DNA from: Candidatus Omnitrophota bacterium
GTDB lineage: Bacteria > Omnitrophota > Gorgyraeia > Duberdicusellales > 4484-171
DNA length: 64,000 nucleotides
Assembly: GCA_043823745.1 (NCBI GenBank)
Contig: JBDRAN010000056.1
Span: forward strand, 5,144 to 69,143
Direction: 5' to 3'
The translations under genes were made by a program, and so were the position numbers. The notes under the pieces were generated by a model. It was given only the letters and a program-made list of their open reading frames with translations. It made no database searches and had not been told where the DNA came from. Shown here in pieces: positions 1-10,514 of the stretch (its first letter is position 1; every line of letters begins with the position of its first letter).

Positions 1-593
1 TTATCGTATTGTTCTGTGAAAAAATAGGCGACCGCGCGGTCATTATATGTCTGAGCTTCTTTGGGCTCTAGCGTTATCGCTTTGGTGAAATCAAGGATAG
101 CGTTCTCGTAGTTGCCCCCGTTGGCATAATCGAGCCCCCGGTTAGCGTAGGCTTTAAAATAGGCAGGGTCAAGCTTGATAGCTTTATCGTACATCACTAT
201 AGCTTTATCGGTTTTTTTCTCCTGGCTTAAGATGGTGCCGAAACCAAAATACACTTCCGCGTTGTTATTATCAAGCGACCATGCCTGGTTAAACTTTCTG
301 AGAGCAATCCGGGGGAAGCCACGACGATAATAGTTCCAGGCTCCTTTAAGATTCTGAGCAACGGCTGCTTTTATGCTACCTGCTTCTTCAATGAGAAGCT
401 TCATTACCTCTTTATCCATTTCTCTTTGGCTTCGTCCCATTTTTGAAGTCCCGTACATAGGCTCGATGCCTTCAAGTGTCATTTCCCATGTGGCATCATC
501 TTTGTTCGATACATCCCCATAGGTATTGTAGGCGCCCTGGGCGGTAAAAAGGAAGCAGAGGACAAGTAAAGCTCGCAAAATTTTTTTTCGCAT
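1..593 (-). CDS. Secreted TPR-repeat protein (partial, runs off the window start)
   Basis: Manual translation from ATG at 593: MRKKILRALLVLCFLFTAQG (signal-like), then TPR-like units such as AEVYFGFGTIL..KAIVMYDKAIKLDP and KAYANRGLDY..AILDFTKAITLEP. No stop before the window edge. Confidence 0.8.
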   Translation of the reverse strand, partial: MRKKILRALLVLCFLFTAQGAYNTYGDVSNKDDATWEMTLEGIEPMYGTSKMGRSQREMDKEVMKLLIEEAGSIKAAVAQNLKGAWNYYRRGFPRIALRKFNQAWSLDNNNAEVYFGFGTILSQEKKTDKAIVMYDKAIKLDPAYFKAYANRGLDYANGGNYENAILDFTKAITLEPKEAQTYNDRAVAYFFTEQYD

Positions 594-716
594 AAACCCT
601 TTTTTATTGTCTGTCTAACACCGGCTTGATTCGCAACCGCAGCATATCTTTGTGTAAAAATAAAAAATACATAAGTAGAATAAAGTTTATTACTTTAAAC
701 CTAGGGAATATAATTA

Positions 717-872
717 CTATAGAAAAAATAATAATGATATAGTTCCTAATGCTATGCCGGCTATAGCGTACCCTTTTCCTTCAATAACCTCACCGGATTT
801 CAGGGTGATCATTTCAGCAAAAAGAGGAAAGGAGAAAGTGAGAAGAAAAAGGAAAATAACTATTTTTATCAT
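717..872 (-). pseudogene. 51-aa chimeric remnant (signal peptide + ITLKSGEVIEGK + GYAIAGIALG helix)
   Basis: Manual translation MIKIVIFLFLLTFSFPLFAEMITLKSGEVIEGKGYAIAGIALGTISLLFFL*. It looks like two different protein families joined at EGK. Confidence 0.4.
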
Positions 873-1151
873 GTGCCCGTTCGCTTTATAGCACCGCTAA
901 CATCAAAATCACGATTTGACCCGATCCCAGGGGACCATGGTGCCTTACCTTTTCTAATATTTTCAATATATCATTCTTTTCGGAAAAGCGCAATTTCCCC
1001 CTTCTTTGATGTCAAGTATTAAAATAGCTTGTTCTATATAGCTTTCTGTTTATAATATCCCTGACGTGAATTACCACGAATTTGAGGAACGCTAATTTTC
1101 GCAAATGTTTTCACTAATCGCTATACGCTATTCGCTAAACGCTAGGTATAT

Positions 1152-2078
1152 ATGAACTATTTTTACGGTCCCGTTCCTTCCCGCAGGCTTGGATTTTCTT
1201 TGGGGGTTGATTTATTCCCCAAGAAAATCTGTTCATTTGATTGTGTCTATTGCCAGTTGGGAGTGGGCACCAAAAAAGTGAGACAACGCCGCAGTTATAT
1301 TGATTTGGAAGAATTTAAGCGGCAACTTACCGCTATCGTGAACCGCAAACTACACATTGACTACATTACAGTATCTGGATCAGGAGAGCCGACGCTACAC
1401 AGAAATCTTGACGGTATTATTGCACTCATTAAAAAGGTGACCAGAAACCAGTATCCGGTATGCGTGATCACGAATTCATTTTTGTTGTGTAAGAAAGCAG
1501 TGCGTAAGGAATTGGCTCAGGCAGATCTCATCATACCTTCGCTCGATGCGGCCTGCGAGCGTACCTTTTATAAAATAGATCGGCCGCTCTACGGGATAAC
1601 ACTTAAAAAAATCATCAAGGGACTTATTGCGTTGCGCAGAGAATTTCAAGGAAAGATTTGGCTTGAGATAATGCTGGTTGGCGGCATCAATGATTCATTG
1701 AAGGAAGCGCAACAGTTTAAGGCTTTAATCGCAAAAATAAAACCGGACAAAGCCCACCTTAATATCCCGGTGCGGCCATCCGGCGCAGCCATTGAGCTTT
1801 CTTCCGCCAATCGTGTAGCTATGATAAAAAAAATACTGGGGCCAAAGGCAGAAATTACCGGAAGCTTCGCTAAGCGCCGGCAGAAATATTTTTCCGGTAA
1901 CAGCAAAGAAGCTATCCTTAATTTTCTTACGCGCCGGCCGGCAAACCTTAAGGATTTATGCGCAGCCTTGGGGATCGGACTGCAGGAGGCGCGGCGTGCC
2001 TTAGGCGAGCTTACTTGTGATAAAAAGATAACGCAAACTGTATTACGCGGGAAAGGCTATTTTACTGTATGCTCTTGA
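1152..2078 (+). CDS. Radical SAM protein (Tyw1/COG0731-like) with C-terminal winged-helix-like segment
   Basis: FYGPVPSRRLGFSLGVDL N-terminus, CSFDCVYC cluster motif, SGSGEPTL. Confidence 0.85.
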   Translation: MNYFYGPVPSRRLGFSLGVDLFPKKICSFDCVYCQLGVGTKKVRQRRSYIDLEEFKRQLTAIVNRKLHIDYITVSGSGEPTLHRNLDGIIALIKKVTRNQYPVCVITNSFLLCKKAVRKELAQADLIIPSLDAACERTFYKIDRPLYGITLKKIIKGLIALRREFQGKIWLEIMLVGGINDSLKEAQQFKALIAKIKPDKAHLNIPVRPSGAAIELSSANRVAMIKKILGPKAEITGSFAKRRQKYFSGNSKEAILNFLTRRPANLKDLCAALGIGLQEARRALGELTCDKKITQTVLRGKGYFTVCS

Positions 2079-2090
2079 TGGTAAAACCGT

Positions 2091-2747
2091 ATGTCTTTTA
2101 TTTTTGATACTACAAAAAAAATAGTAAGCCAGCTTCCTAGCGGTGTGTCGCTGGTTGCCGCGACCAAAACGCGCGTTGTAGCCGAAATAGAGGAAGCGAT
2201 TGCCGCAGGGGTAGCTGCGATAGGAGAAAATTATGTGCAGGAGGCGCAAGAAAAGTTTAGCGTAATCGGTAATAAAGTGAAGTGGCACTTAATCGGACAT
2301 TTGCAGAAAAATAAAGCAAAGTTTGCGGTTAAGGTTTTTGATATGATCGAGACGCTTGATTCAGTCGAGCTTGCCGGCGCTCTAAATAAAGAATGTAAGA
2401 AAATAAACAAGATTATGCCGGTATTGATTGAGGTTAATTCTGCCTGCGAACCACAGAAAGCAGGGGTTCTTCCTGATCGCGTGCAAGACTTGTTGTGCGG
2501 GGTGGCTTGTTTTGGGAATATAAAAGTGATGGGTCTTATGACCATGGGGCCATTAATGGATGAGCCAGAAGTAATGCGGCCATTTTTTAAAAAAACCAAA
2601 GAAATTTTTGACGCGATACGCGCAGATTATCCCTCGAATGAGGAGTGGAAATATCTTTCCATGGGTATGAGCGATAGCTACAAGATCGCTATCGAAGAAG
2701 GTGCTAACATCGTGCGGGTAGGAACCGCCATCTTTGGAAGACGCTAA
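2091..2747 (+). CDS. yggS: PLP homeostasis protein (YggS/PLPBP)
   Basis: LVAATK, GENYVQE, WHLIGHLQKNK, GLMTM, LSMGMSD and VRVGTAIFG motifs. Confidence 0.95.
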   Translation: MSFIFDTTKKIVSQLPSGVSLVAATKTRVVAEIEEAIAAGVAAIGENYVQEAQEKFSVIGNKVKWHLIGHLQKNKAKFAVKVFDMIETLDSVELAGALNKECKKINKIMPVLIEVNSACEPQKAGVLPDRVQDLLCGVACFGNIKVMGLMTMGPLMDEPEVMRPFFKKTKEIFDAIRADYPSNEEWKYLSMGMSDSYKIAIEEGANIVRVGTAIFGRR

Positions 2748-2901
2748 TCATCACTAGAAGGACCATGCAACCAAGTATTTGCTTTATTGTCGGTGGACTG
2801 TGGACTATGGACCGTGGACTTTCCCCCAAACGCTATACGGTGCGAAGCCGTGCAAAACCTCCCCGTCAGGGGATCCCCGAAGGGGACTATACGTTTAAAA
2901 T

Positions 2902-3237
2902 ATGTTTACGCGTATAAGATTTTTATTATTGGCTGTGTTTTTGTTCGTGGGGGGAGGGTGTGTCCAAATGGGAGATTACGTCGGCGTGCGGCATGGCTAT
3001 GTGACCGGCGGCATAAAACAAAGGTTTGGAGTCGGGGCCGATAAAAAGAATTATCTGGTAACCGATGGCGATGTAGTACTTATTGTCAATGATACCAAGA
3101 AAGCGGTTCAAGCAAAGCTTGGACTTCCTGATGTAATGAGTAAAAATATAGACGGTTATGATTGCTGGGAATATCGCGAGCGCAAACTCAAACTATACTT
3201 TAATGAAGATTCTTTGAGAAGTTGGGAAGTTCTGTAG
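2902..3237 (+). CDS. Small putative lipoprotein (SmpA/BamE-like fold possible)
   Basis: Hydrophobic N-terminus ending GGGC; pattern TKKAVQAKLGLPD...WEY. Confidence 0.6.
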   Translation: MFTRIRFLLLAVFLFVGGGCVQMGDYVGVRHGYVTGGIKQRFGVGADKKNYLVTDGDVVLIVNDTKKAVQAKLGLPDVMSKNIDGYDCWEYRERKLKLYFNEDSLRSWEVL

Positions 3238-3326
3238 ATGCTGTAGGCTATCGGTGCCGATCCACAGGATTAAAAATACTCTACCTTTTGTATCTTTTAT
3301 CTAGCCTAAAACCTTTACCCTAGAGC

Positions 3327-4598
3327 CTACAGCTTCTTATTGAGTTCCCTCACAAAATTCTTTATTTCCCAGAATTCTTTAAATGTATGTTGCTGGAAAG
3401 AGCCGAAGATAGAATTGTTATGAAGAAGCGGTTCGTTGAACTCCTTGCCGTAATGTTCAAAGAGCGGCGTATCCGGAACGGGTGAGAATTCTGCCAGGGA
3501 TACCTTCAAGCCCAGCGCGATCAGGAAGAGCACATCTTCTTTTAACCGGACCAGATCTTGTCCGGGATAACCTAAAAGTAAATATACACTTGCCTCTCCG
3601 TTTTTAAAGCCACCTTGTTTTAGGTGAGCTGCGCCTTTTATTACGTCATGATGATCTATTTTGTCTCCCCAAAGTTTTTGTAACTCTGGGTCAAGTGTCT
3701 CAAGGCCAAAATGAGGATTGGTAAAACCTGATGTTTTTAAGAGGGAGGCTATCTCATCGTCGAGAAAGCGCATATGGAGAGCATTCGGCGTATGGAAGCG
3801 AATGCCAAGCTTTGCCGCGGTGATGTTTCGCAATAAGGATTTCGCGTAATCAGATTCATAGAGAAATGCGTCATCGTAGAGCACATAGTCACGCACCCCT
3901 TTTCTGCAATAGCCGCTGATATAATCGATTATTGAGGCCTGCGGCATTTGCAAAAAGGTGCCCGGGAAAAGTTTTCTTATTGCGCAGAAGCTGCAATTAA
4001 ATGGACACCCCCAGGAAGTTCTTAAGACCACATAGTCAAGTGTCTGGTAAAATTCTTCATAGCGGGGTAGTGTTGTGTAGAGGTCCCGTGGTTGACAGGT
4101 AATTCCCAGGTACGTGAAGAATTCTTCTATCTGGTTGTTCGCAAAAACACGGTCATATAAGGTGTTATGCGCCGCGTGGTCATTGCAGAGCGTTGCGTAG
4201 GTGCCGCCCAAAAGTATTTTTGCCGCCGGAAATTTTTCTTTTACCAGCCGTGCCGCTTCAATGATGCCGGGATACCAATAGGTCATCGATGAGGTAATAA
4301 GAATATAGTCGGGGTTTTTGCCCTCAAGGGCAGCCTTAAAAACATCACGATTGATGCCGTATCGTTTATAATGGCGGGGGATTGTCTTAAAGATTCCAGG
4401 CTTTTCTACAATCACGCAAGCGTATTTGCCTCTGCCGAAGTCGCCGGCGCTGGTCTTTTTATCGAGACAGTCAATATAATCAACATGGATGCCCTGGTTC
4501 TTTAAATACTCAAGAATCACTAAAAAACCGTAGGGTTTCAGCCAAAAATCATAGGCGGCAAAGTCGTATATCCAGGGGTTTATGGCGAGTATATTCAC
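3327..4598 (-). CDS. B12-binding radical SAM protein
   Basis: N-terminal cobalamin-binding domain (ITSSMTYWYPG, LGGTYA) and RTSWGCPFNCSFC. Confidence 0.85.
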   Translation of the reverse strand: MNILAINPWIYDFAAYDFWLKPYGFLVILEYLKNQGIHVDYIDCLDKKTSAGDFGRGKYACVIVEKPGIFKTIPRHYKRYGINRDVFKAALEGKNPDYILITSSMTYWYPGIIEAARLVKEKFPAAKILLGGTYATLCNDHAAHNTLYDRVFANNQIEEFFTYLGITCQPRDLYTTLPRYEEFYQTLDYVVLRTSWGCPFNCSFCAIRKLFPGTFLQMPQASIIDYISGYCRKGVRDYVLYDDAFLYESDYAKSLLRNITAAKLGIRFHTPNALHMRFLDDEIASLLKTSGFTNPHFGLETLDPELQKLWGDKIDHHDVIKGAAHLKQGGFKNGEASVYLLLGYPGQDLVRLKEDVLFLIALGLKVSLAEFSPVPDTPLFEHYGKEFNEPLLHNNSIFGSFQQHTFKEFWEIKNFVRELNKKL

Positions 4599-4750
4599 TA
4601 AATCATTATAGCAGATGTGGTATAATAAAAAAGCGGATAGCGGTTAGCGAATAGCGAATAGTAAAGAATGTGTAATTTTTCAATTTTTTAACTAACCGCT
4701 ATACGGTGCGAAGCCTCCCCGGAGGGGACTCAACACTCTACGCTATTCAT

Positions 4751-5737
4751 ATGGTAGAAGAACTTTTCGATAAGACAATTCGTGATCACCACATGCTTGC
4801 GCGTAAGGATCGAGTTATCCTTGGTGTCTCAGGGGGGCCTGACTCTGTGTGCATGCTCAAGCAGTTCGTGCGCATAAAGGGTGAATATAAATGTGCCCTG
4901 GTGTGCGCGCATTTTAATCATAGTTTAAGGCCCCAAGCTGATGCGGAGGAAGCGTTTGTCAAAGAGCTCTGCAAGGAACTCGGAGTTACGTTTACCAGCG
5001 AGAAAAAAGATGTGCAGAAGCTTTATCGAGGCGATTCATTAGAACAGTCAGCGAGGAATTTACGTTTTGATTTTTTTGTGCGTGTTGCTCACGAGCATAA
5101 GGCAAAAAAGCTTGCGCTCGCACATCATAAAGACGATGTGGTCGAAACAACTCTGATGCGTATTATTCGGGGTACCGCGCTTCGGGGGCTTCGCGGGATT
5201 CTACCTGTAACAAAGATACGTGGCCTTGCGGTAATCAGACCCCTTCTTGCTATCCGTAAAGACGAGATACTCCAGTGGCTTGAAATTCATAAGGTACCGT
5301 ATATGCTTGATGACAGTAACCTCGAAGATAAGTTTTTCAGAAATAAAATCAGGCTTAACCTGCTTCCCCAGCTTACGCAGTTTAACCCCAACATTAGCGG
5401 AGCTCTTTTTAACTTGGCGCGTCTGGCTGCGCTTGATTATGAGTGTATTCGTCGTTTCACCAAAGAAAAATATGAGCGTCTCAAAAAACAAAAAGGCCGC
5501 CACTATATTAAACTTTCTTTGGCGCAATTGGCCTCTGAGCCCGAGGCTATGCTGCTTAATATCATGCGGTTTGCCATCGAGGAGCTTAAGGGGGATACAC
5601 GTAAGCTCGAATTGCGGCATCTTGAAGAAATTATGGATTTAATCCGGCATAGACCCAACTATAGCATCGTCGATTTACCTGATTTAGAGGTAAAAAAAGA
5701 AGAGCATTGGCTTGTTATCAAGTCCTTGCTTTTTTAA
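4751..5737 (+). CDS. tilS: tRNA(Ile)-lysidine synthase
   Basis: SGGPDS PP-loop, HFNHSLR, AHHKDD, IRPLL, RNKIR; tilS-ftsH synteny. ATG at 4751 chosen as start. Confidence 0.95.
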   Translation: MVEELFDKTIRDHHMLARKDRVILGVSGGPDSVCMLKQFVRIKGEYKCALVCAHFNHSLRPQADAEEAFVKELCKELGVTFTSEKKDVQKLYRGDSLEQSARNLRFDFFVRVAHEHKAKKLALAHHKDDVVETTLMRIIRGTALRGLRGILPVTKIRGLAVIRPLLAIRKDEILQWLEIHKVPYMLDDSNLEDKFFRNKIRLNLLPQLTQFNPNISGALFNLARLAALDYECIRRFTKEKYERLKKQKGRHYIKLSLAQLASEPEAMLLNIMRFAIEELKGDTRKLELRHLEEIMDLIRHRPNYSIVDLPDLEVKKEEHWLVIKSLLF

Positions 5738-5832
5738 CATATTTGATTATAATACCTTCTACTTGCGTATACGTATCATGGCTCGATAGGTTTGCTTTTT
5801 CAATCCACCGATATATTGTCAAACTCCTTTAG

Positions 5833-7749
5833 ATGAACATGAAAAAAGATAAACAAAATAAGAAAATCCCTTCGAACTCCAATTTTTTAAGGGGGGTTTC
5901 TATCTTTTTCCTGTTTTTGCTTGGCCTTATGTGGCTCAGCGCTATCTTTTCGGTAAAACTTAATGTTAAAACCCTTGAGTATGGAGATTTTTATCGTCTC
6001 CTGGAAACCAATACTCAGAACGGATACCTGCAGTCGGCCAAAAAGGTCGAAAATCTCATTGAGGGTGAATTTAGCACTCAGGGTGCCACCAAGATCGGTG
6101 AAGGGCGTTACCAGGCCTTCAAGGTATATATTCCTGACGATGACAAGGATACGGTGGCGCTCTTGCGGAAAAACGTCGCACAGTTTGAGGTCGAGCCGCC
6201 ACGTACCTTTTGGGCAAATCTTATCTATTCACTGCCAATGCTTTTTATCCTTGCCTTAGTATTTTTTTCCTATTATCGGGGGAATCAGCTGGGCTCAAAG
6301 GTGTGGAGTTTTGGCCGGACGCGCGCGCAGATTATCGAGAAAGAAAAGTCGACGAAAGTAACGTTTAAGGATGTTGCCGGTATTGAAGAGGCAAAGGATG
6401 AATTGAAGGAAATTATTGATTTCTTACGTGATCCGAAAAGATTCCAGCGTCTCGGCGGAAGAATTCCGAAAGGGGTTCTCTTGGTTGGTCCTCCGGGTTG
6501 CGGAAAAACGCTTCTTGCGAAAGCTGTTGCCGGGGAGGCGGAAGTACCTTTTTTTAGCATCAGCGGTTCTGATTTTGTGGAGATGTTTGTTGGTGTGGGT
6601 GCTTCGCGGGTGCGTGATCTTTTTGAGCAGGCGAAAAAAGCTTCGAAAACAGGCGGCAAAGGGTGTATTGTTTTTATCGATGAGATCGATGCGGTCGGCC
6701 GTCAGCGCTTTTCCGGTATCGGCGGCGGCCATGATGAGCGGGAGCAAACGCTTAATCAACTTCTTGTGGAAATGGACGGTTTTCATAGCGATGAAGCAGT
6801 GATCGTATGCGCTGCGACTAACAGGCCCGACGTGCTTGATCCGGCGCTGCTGCGACCGGGCAGATTTGACCGGCATATTGTTATTTATCCGCCCGATATT
6901 AAGGGAAGGGAAGAGATCTTGAAGGTTCACACCCGTAAGATAAAGTTGGCCAAAGAAGTCGATCTTGCGGCGATTGCCAAGCAAACACCGGGTTTCTCCG
7001 GAGCCGATTTAGAGAATCTTTGTAATGAAGCGGCGCTGACGGCTGCGCGTCTTAATAAAGAAGCGGTGGAGCAACCGCAACTTGCTTCTTCAATCGAACG
7101 CGTGATGATGGGCCCCGAAAAAAAGAGTCGTGTCATGTCTGCGCATGAAAAGAAACTGACCGCGTACCATGAATCCGGTCACGCACTCCTTTCGCTTCTT
7201 ATTCCTGAAATAAATCCGATGACAAAGGTTTCGATTATTCCCCGCGGTATGGCCGGAGGGTATACGTTTGCGCCGCCGCAGGAAGACCGGCACTATCGTT
7301 CCCGGAAAGAGTTGTTAGGCGATATTACCATGGTGCTTGGGGGGAGAGTTGCCGAAGAATTTACCTTTGGAGATATTACGACCGGCGCGACCAAAGACCT
7401 TGAAGAAGTCACGCATATAGCGCGCCAGATGGTTTGTGATTATGGTATGAGCGAGCGCCTCGGAGCAAGGACTCTCGGTAAATCTCACGGCCCGCTTTTT
7501 TTAGGCCGTGATTTAGTTGAGGAAAAAGATTATAGTAACGAAACCGCTCGCATTATTGACGAAGAGGTAAAGCAGATCATTGACGCCTGTCTTTCCCGCG
7601 CGCGCCAGCTTATTCATGATAATGCGGGTAAGCTGAAACTGTTGGCGGATGCGTTGATTGAAAAAGAAGTGCTTGATGCCGAACGGGTAAAAGAAATTAT
7701 CGGATTAAACGCACCGAATAATGTTGCTCCCGGCACCGCAGCAGCTTGA
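5833..7749 (+). CDS. ftsH: ATP-dependent zinc metalloprotease FtsH
   Basis: Two TM helices, GPPGCGKT Walker A, FIDEID, SRH motif [12 protein letters not shown] zinc motif. Confidence 0.97.
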   Translation: MNMKKDKQNKKIPSNSNFLRGVSIFFLFLLGLMWLSAIFSVKLNVKTLEYGDFYRLLETNTQNGYLQSAKKVENLIEGEFSTQGATKIGEGRYQAFKVYIPDDDKDTVALLRKNVAQFEVEPPRTFWANLIYSLPMLFILALVFFSYYRGNQLGSKVWSFGRTRAQIIEKEKSTKVTFKDVAGIEEAKDELKEIIDFLRDPKRFQRLGGRIPKGVLLVGPPGCGKTLLAKAVAGEAEVPFFSISGSDFVEMFVGVGASRVRDLFEQAKKASKTGGKGCIVFIDEIDAVGRQRFSGIGGGHDEREQTLNQLLVEMDGFHSDEAVIVCAATNRPDVLDPALLRPGRFDRHIVIYPPDIKGREEILKVHTRKIKLAKEVDLAAIAKQTPGFSGADLENLCNEAALTAARLNKEAVEQPQLASSIERVMMGPEKKSRVMSAHEKKLTAYHESGHALLSLLIPEINPMTKVSIIPRGMAGGYTFAPPQEDRHYRSRKELLGDITMVLGGRVAEEFTFGDITTGATKDLEEVTHIARQMVCDYGMSERLGARTLGKSHGPLFLGRDLVEEKDYSNETARIIDEEVKQIIDACLSRARQLIHDNAGKLKLLADALIEKEVLDAERVKEIIGLNAPNNVAPGTAAA

Positions 7750-7794
7750 AGGCGCCCTGCGCCCGGTGTGTGCCCCCACGCTATTCTATACCAC

Positions 7795-9009
7795 ATGAGA
7801 ATAATTCCTCTCGAAATTCGTAACTCCGCTAACGCAGTTCATTTTTTTTCACGGATCAGCGCAAGCCAAGTAGGTGTCGGTATCCTTGTCCCCAAGAGTA
7901 TTCATCTGGTGTTTAGCATCGAGGATATAAGCTCATGGGAAGCAAATGTCATTAAACAGCATTTACTTTCTTTGGGCAGCGATTGCGCTATCGCTCGTGA
8001 TGCCCTTATCAAAAAGATAAAAACTTCTATTGTTATTTTTGGTAGTCTGACACAATTGCGCCGGTTGTGCCAGAAGCTGCACGATCAACCGTTTAATCTT
8101 AAAAAGATCGCCGCCCAGCTTACGGTTTGTTTGGATAATTGTTTACGTGATCGAGTAACGCTGAGCATTCGCGGGACAACGCTCACAATAAAAAAACCGA
8201 TTATCTGTGGGATTATCAACTTGACGTCGGACTCTTTTTCAGGGGACGGTTTATTGAAGGATCTGACCGGCGTTTCCGTTCAGGATGAGGCGCTCACCCA
8301 GGCCCGGGAAATGGTGGAGCAGGGAGCAACGATGCTTGATATTGGAGCGGAATCGAGCCGTCCGGGTTCGTTGCCGGTGCCCGAGAAAGAAGAACGCGCT
8401 CGGCTCCTGCCGATATTGCGACTCCTGCGCCGGGAATTTAAAAAAGTTCTTATTTCGGTGGATACCTATAAATATACGGTCGCGCGAGCGGCGATTGAGG
8501 AGGGCGTGGACATTATCAATGATATTACCGGCCTGCGGCATGCGCCGGGTATAGCCAAGCTCATCAGCCGCTATAAGACCGGCTGTGTTCTGATGCATAT
8601 GAAAGGCCGGCCTCGTTCGATGCAGCGCGCTCCGCGGTATAAGGATGTTATCGCCGACGTTGCTGATTTTTTTACCGAGCGAATCGCGTTTTGTGAGAAT
8701 TCAGGGATCCGTAGCGAGCAACTTATTCTTGATCCCGGTATAGGTTTTGGGAAACGCGTGGAGGATAATCTTCGGCTTATTAATGAATTGAGTGCGTTTA
8801 AAAAGTTCGGGAGGCCCATTTTCATTGGTATATCGCGTAAGTCATTTATCGGAAATATTCTCGGCATCCCCGTCAGCGAACGTCTTTCAGGGGCATTGGC
8901 AGCAACGGTGCTCGCCGTTGCGGCCGGCGCGCGCATTGTACGCGTGCATGATGTCCACGAGACGGTACAGGCGACTCGAATCTTTTCGGCGATAACAAAT
9001 GCGCAGTAA
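7795..9009 (+). CDS. folP: Dihydropteroate synthase with N-terminal extension
   Basis: GIINLTSDSFSGDG, DIGAESSRPG, SVDTYK, DPGIGFGK, SRKSFIG, RVHDV. Confidence 0.93.
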   Translation: MRIIPLEIRNSANAVHFFSRISASQVGVGILVPKSIHLVFSIEDISSWEANVIKQHLLSLGSDCAIARDALIKKIKTSIVIFGSLTQLRRLCQKLHDQPFNLKKIAAQLTVCLDNCLRDRVTLSIRGTTLTIKKPIICGIINLTSDSFSGDGLLKDLTGVSVQDEALTQAREMVEQGATMLDIGAESSRPGSLPVPEKEERARLLPILRLLRREFKKVLISVDTYKYTVARAAIEEGVDIINDITGLRHAPGIAKLISRYKTGCVLMHMKGRPRSMQRAPRYKDVIADVADFFTERIAFCENSGIRSEQLILDPGIGFGKRVEDNLRLINELSAFKKFGRPIFIGISRKSFIGNILGIPVSERLSGALAATVLAVAAGARIVRVHDVHETVQATRIFSAITNAQ

Positions 9010-9012
9010 TTA

Positions 9013-9099
9013 ATGCAAACAGTAGGCCCTTTGGTGGCGTGGAAGACCATTGTTGAAACAGGAATGCTTTGGGCAGCGGTCAAATCTCAAGGGGTATAG
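9013..9099 (+). pseudogene. 28-aa remnant resembling the N-terminus of diadenylate cyclase CdaA
   Basis: MQTVGPLVAWKTIVETGMLWAAVKSQGV*, located directly after folP where cdaA commonly lies. Confidence 0.45.
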
Positions 9100-9103
9100 A
9101 CCT

Positions 9104-9817
9104 ATGAAGCTCGGTGTAAACGTTGATCATGTCGCGACGCTGCGTCAGTCACGTGGAACGCTCTACCCTGATCCGGTTGTAGCTGCCATGCTCTGTGAGC
9201 ATGCGGGTTGCGATTCTGTTGTGGTCCATTTGCGTGAGGATCGCCGGCATATCCAGGATCGTGATGTCATGATGCTTGCGCGCGCTCTCACGGTTCCGAT
9301 TAATCTTGAAATGTCGGTTAATAAAAATATCGTGGACATTGCGGTTGCGGTCAAGCCGGCGCAGGCGACGCTGGTCCCTGAGCGCAGGCAGGAGTTAACG
9401 ACCGAAGGAGGCATTGATCTTATCATCCATTATAGAAAAGTAGCGAGTGCCGCTAGCCGCCTTAAGGCCGCCGGGATACAGGTAAGTTTATTTATTGATC
9501 CTGACCCTCGCCAAATTAAAAAGGCAAAGGAAATCGGCGCAGATTTACTTGAGCTTAATACCGGAAAATATTCTGAAGCGCACACGCCGCCCGCTGTTAG
9601 AAAAGAATTAAAGAAGATAAAAGATGCGGCGGGTCTGGCCAAGAAGCTTGGATTCTTTGTCGCGGCCGGCCACGGTATTGATTATGAGAATGTAAAAGCG
9701 ATCTTGAAAATTAAAGAGATCGGGGAGTTGAACATCGGTCACTCTATAATTTGCAGGGCAGTATTTGTGGGGATGGTTGCTGCGGTAGAGGAGATGCTAT
9801 CGTTGCTACAGAGGTAG
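9104..9817 (+). CDS. pdxJ: Pyridoxine 5'-phosphate synthase
   Basis: LGVNVDHVATLRQ, HLREDRRHIQ, TLVPE..ELTTEGG, AGHG, ELNIGHSI. Confidence 0.96.
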   Translation: MKLGVNVDHVATLRQSRGTLYPDPVVAAMLCEHAGCDSVVVHLREDRRHIQDRDVMMLARALTVPINLEMSVNKNIVDIAVAVKPAQATLVPERRQELTTEGGIDLIIHYRKVASAASRLKAAGIQVSLFIDPDPRQIKKAKEIGADLLELNTGKYSEAHTPPAVRKELKKIKDAAGLAKKLGFFVAAGHGIDYENVKAILKIKEIGELNIGHSIICRAVFVGMVAAVEEMLSLLQR

Positions 9818-9881
9818 AAGGCCACCGAATCACAAAGTCACAGGTGCCACGCCACACGCTACAAGCAAAGGGAGGTGAACG

Positions 9882-10361
9882 ATGGAGAAGAAAAAAGCAA
9901 TTAGTCTGGGTTTTGCCTTACTTCTTATTTTTGTGCTTATTGGTGTATTTATTCAAATAAGTATTTATGACTATATTGAGAAACAAAAAGAAGGGGATAA
10001 ACAACAAGTCGATTTAATTATTTCTGGAAAATTGCCTGAGAGTTTACGATGCGTTAAGGAGATAAAAATTAAAAATCAGGAATTATTAATTTCATTAGAC
10101 GATACTGCTTCTTTTAGCTATAGCGAGAGAATCTCGGGAAATCCAGTTGTTTTTAAGAGTAATGGTGAGTCACAATTACTCTATAGTTCATGCAGATACT
10201 CAAATAACGAAAGCTATTATAGAGAGAGCTTAAATTTAGTGTGGTTTGATGGGAGGAGTGCCAAATTTTTGACAACGGTAACGTATAGTGGGGATACAAA
10301 ACCAGTGGTTCATAAAAGAGAGTTCATAGTGAATGAACAATCTTTATCCGTCACAGAGTGA
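9882..10361 (+). CDS. AT-rich membrane-anchored hypothetical protein
   Basis: Strong SD (GGAGGTG), N-terminal TM helix, visibly lower GC than its neighbours. Confidence 0.65.
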   Translation: MEKKKAISLGFALLLIFVLIGVFIQISIYDYIEKQKEGDKQQVDLIISGKLPESLRCVKEIKIKNQELLISLDDTASFSYSERISGNPVVFKSNGESQLLYSSCRYSNNESYYRESLNLVWFDGRSAKFLTTVTYSGDTKPVVHKREFIVNEQSLSVTE

Positions 10362-10514
10362 CGGAGTAGTTTAAATAATTGAGAACTTTAAAGAAATCTA
10401 AAAATATATAAAGTTCTCTGATTACACAGATTAAATATAGATTCCAGCGATTAAGAATATTAAAATCACTGTAATCATTTCATAATCCCTGTAATCAAAA
10501 GGTTTATAATTAAG

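Noticed and set aside
7795-8160. N-terminal extension on FolP as a novel fusion
   Set aside because: Long-form FolP with this type of extension is already familiar from several anaerobic lineages.
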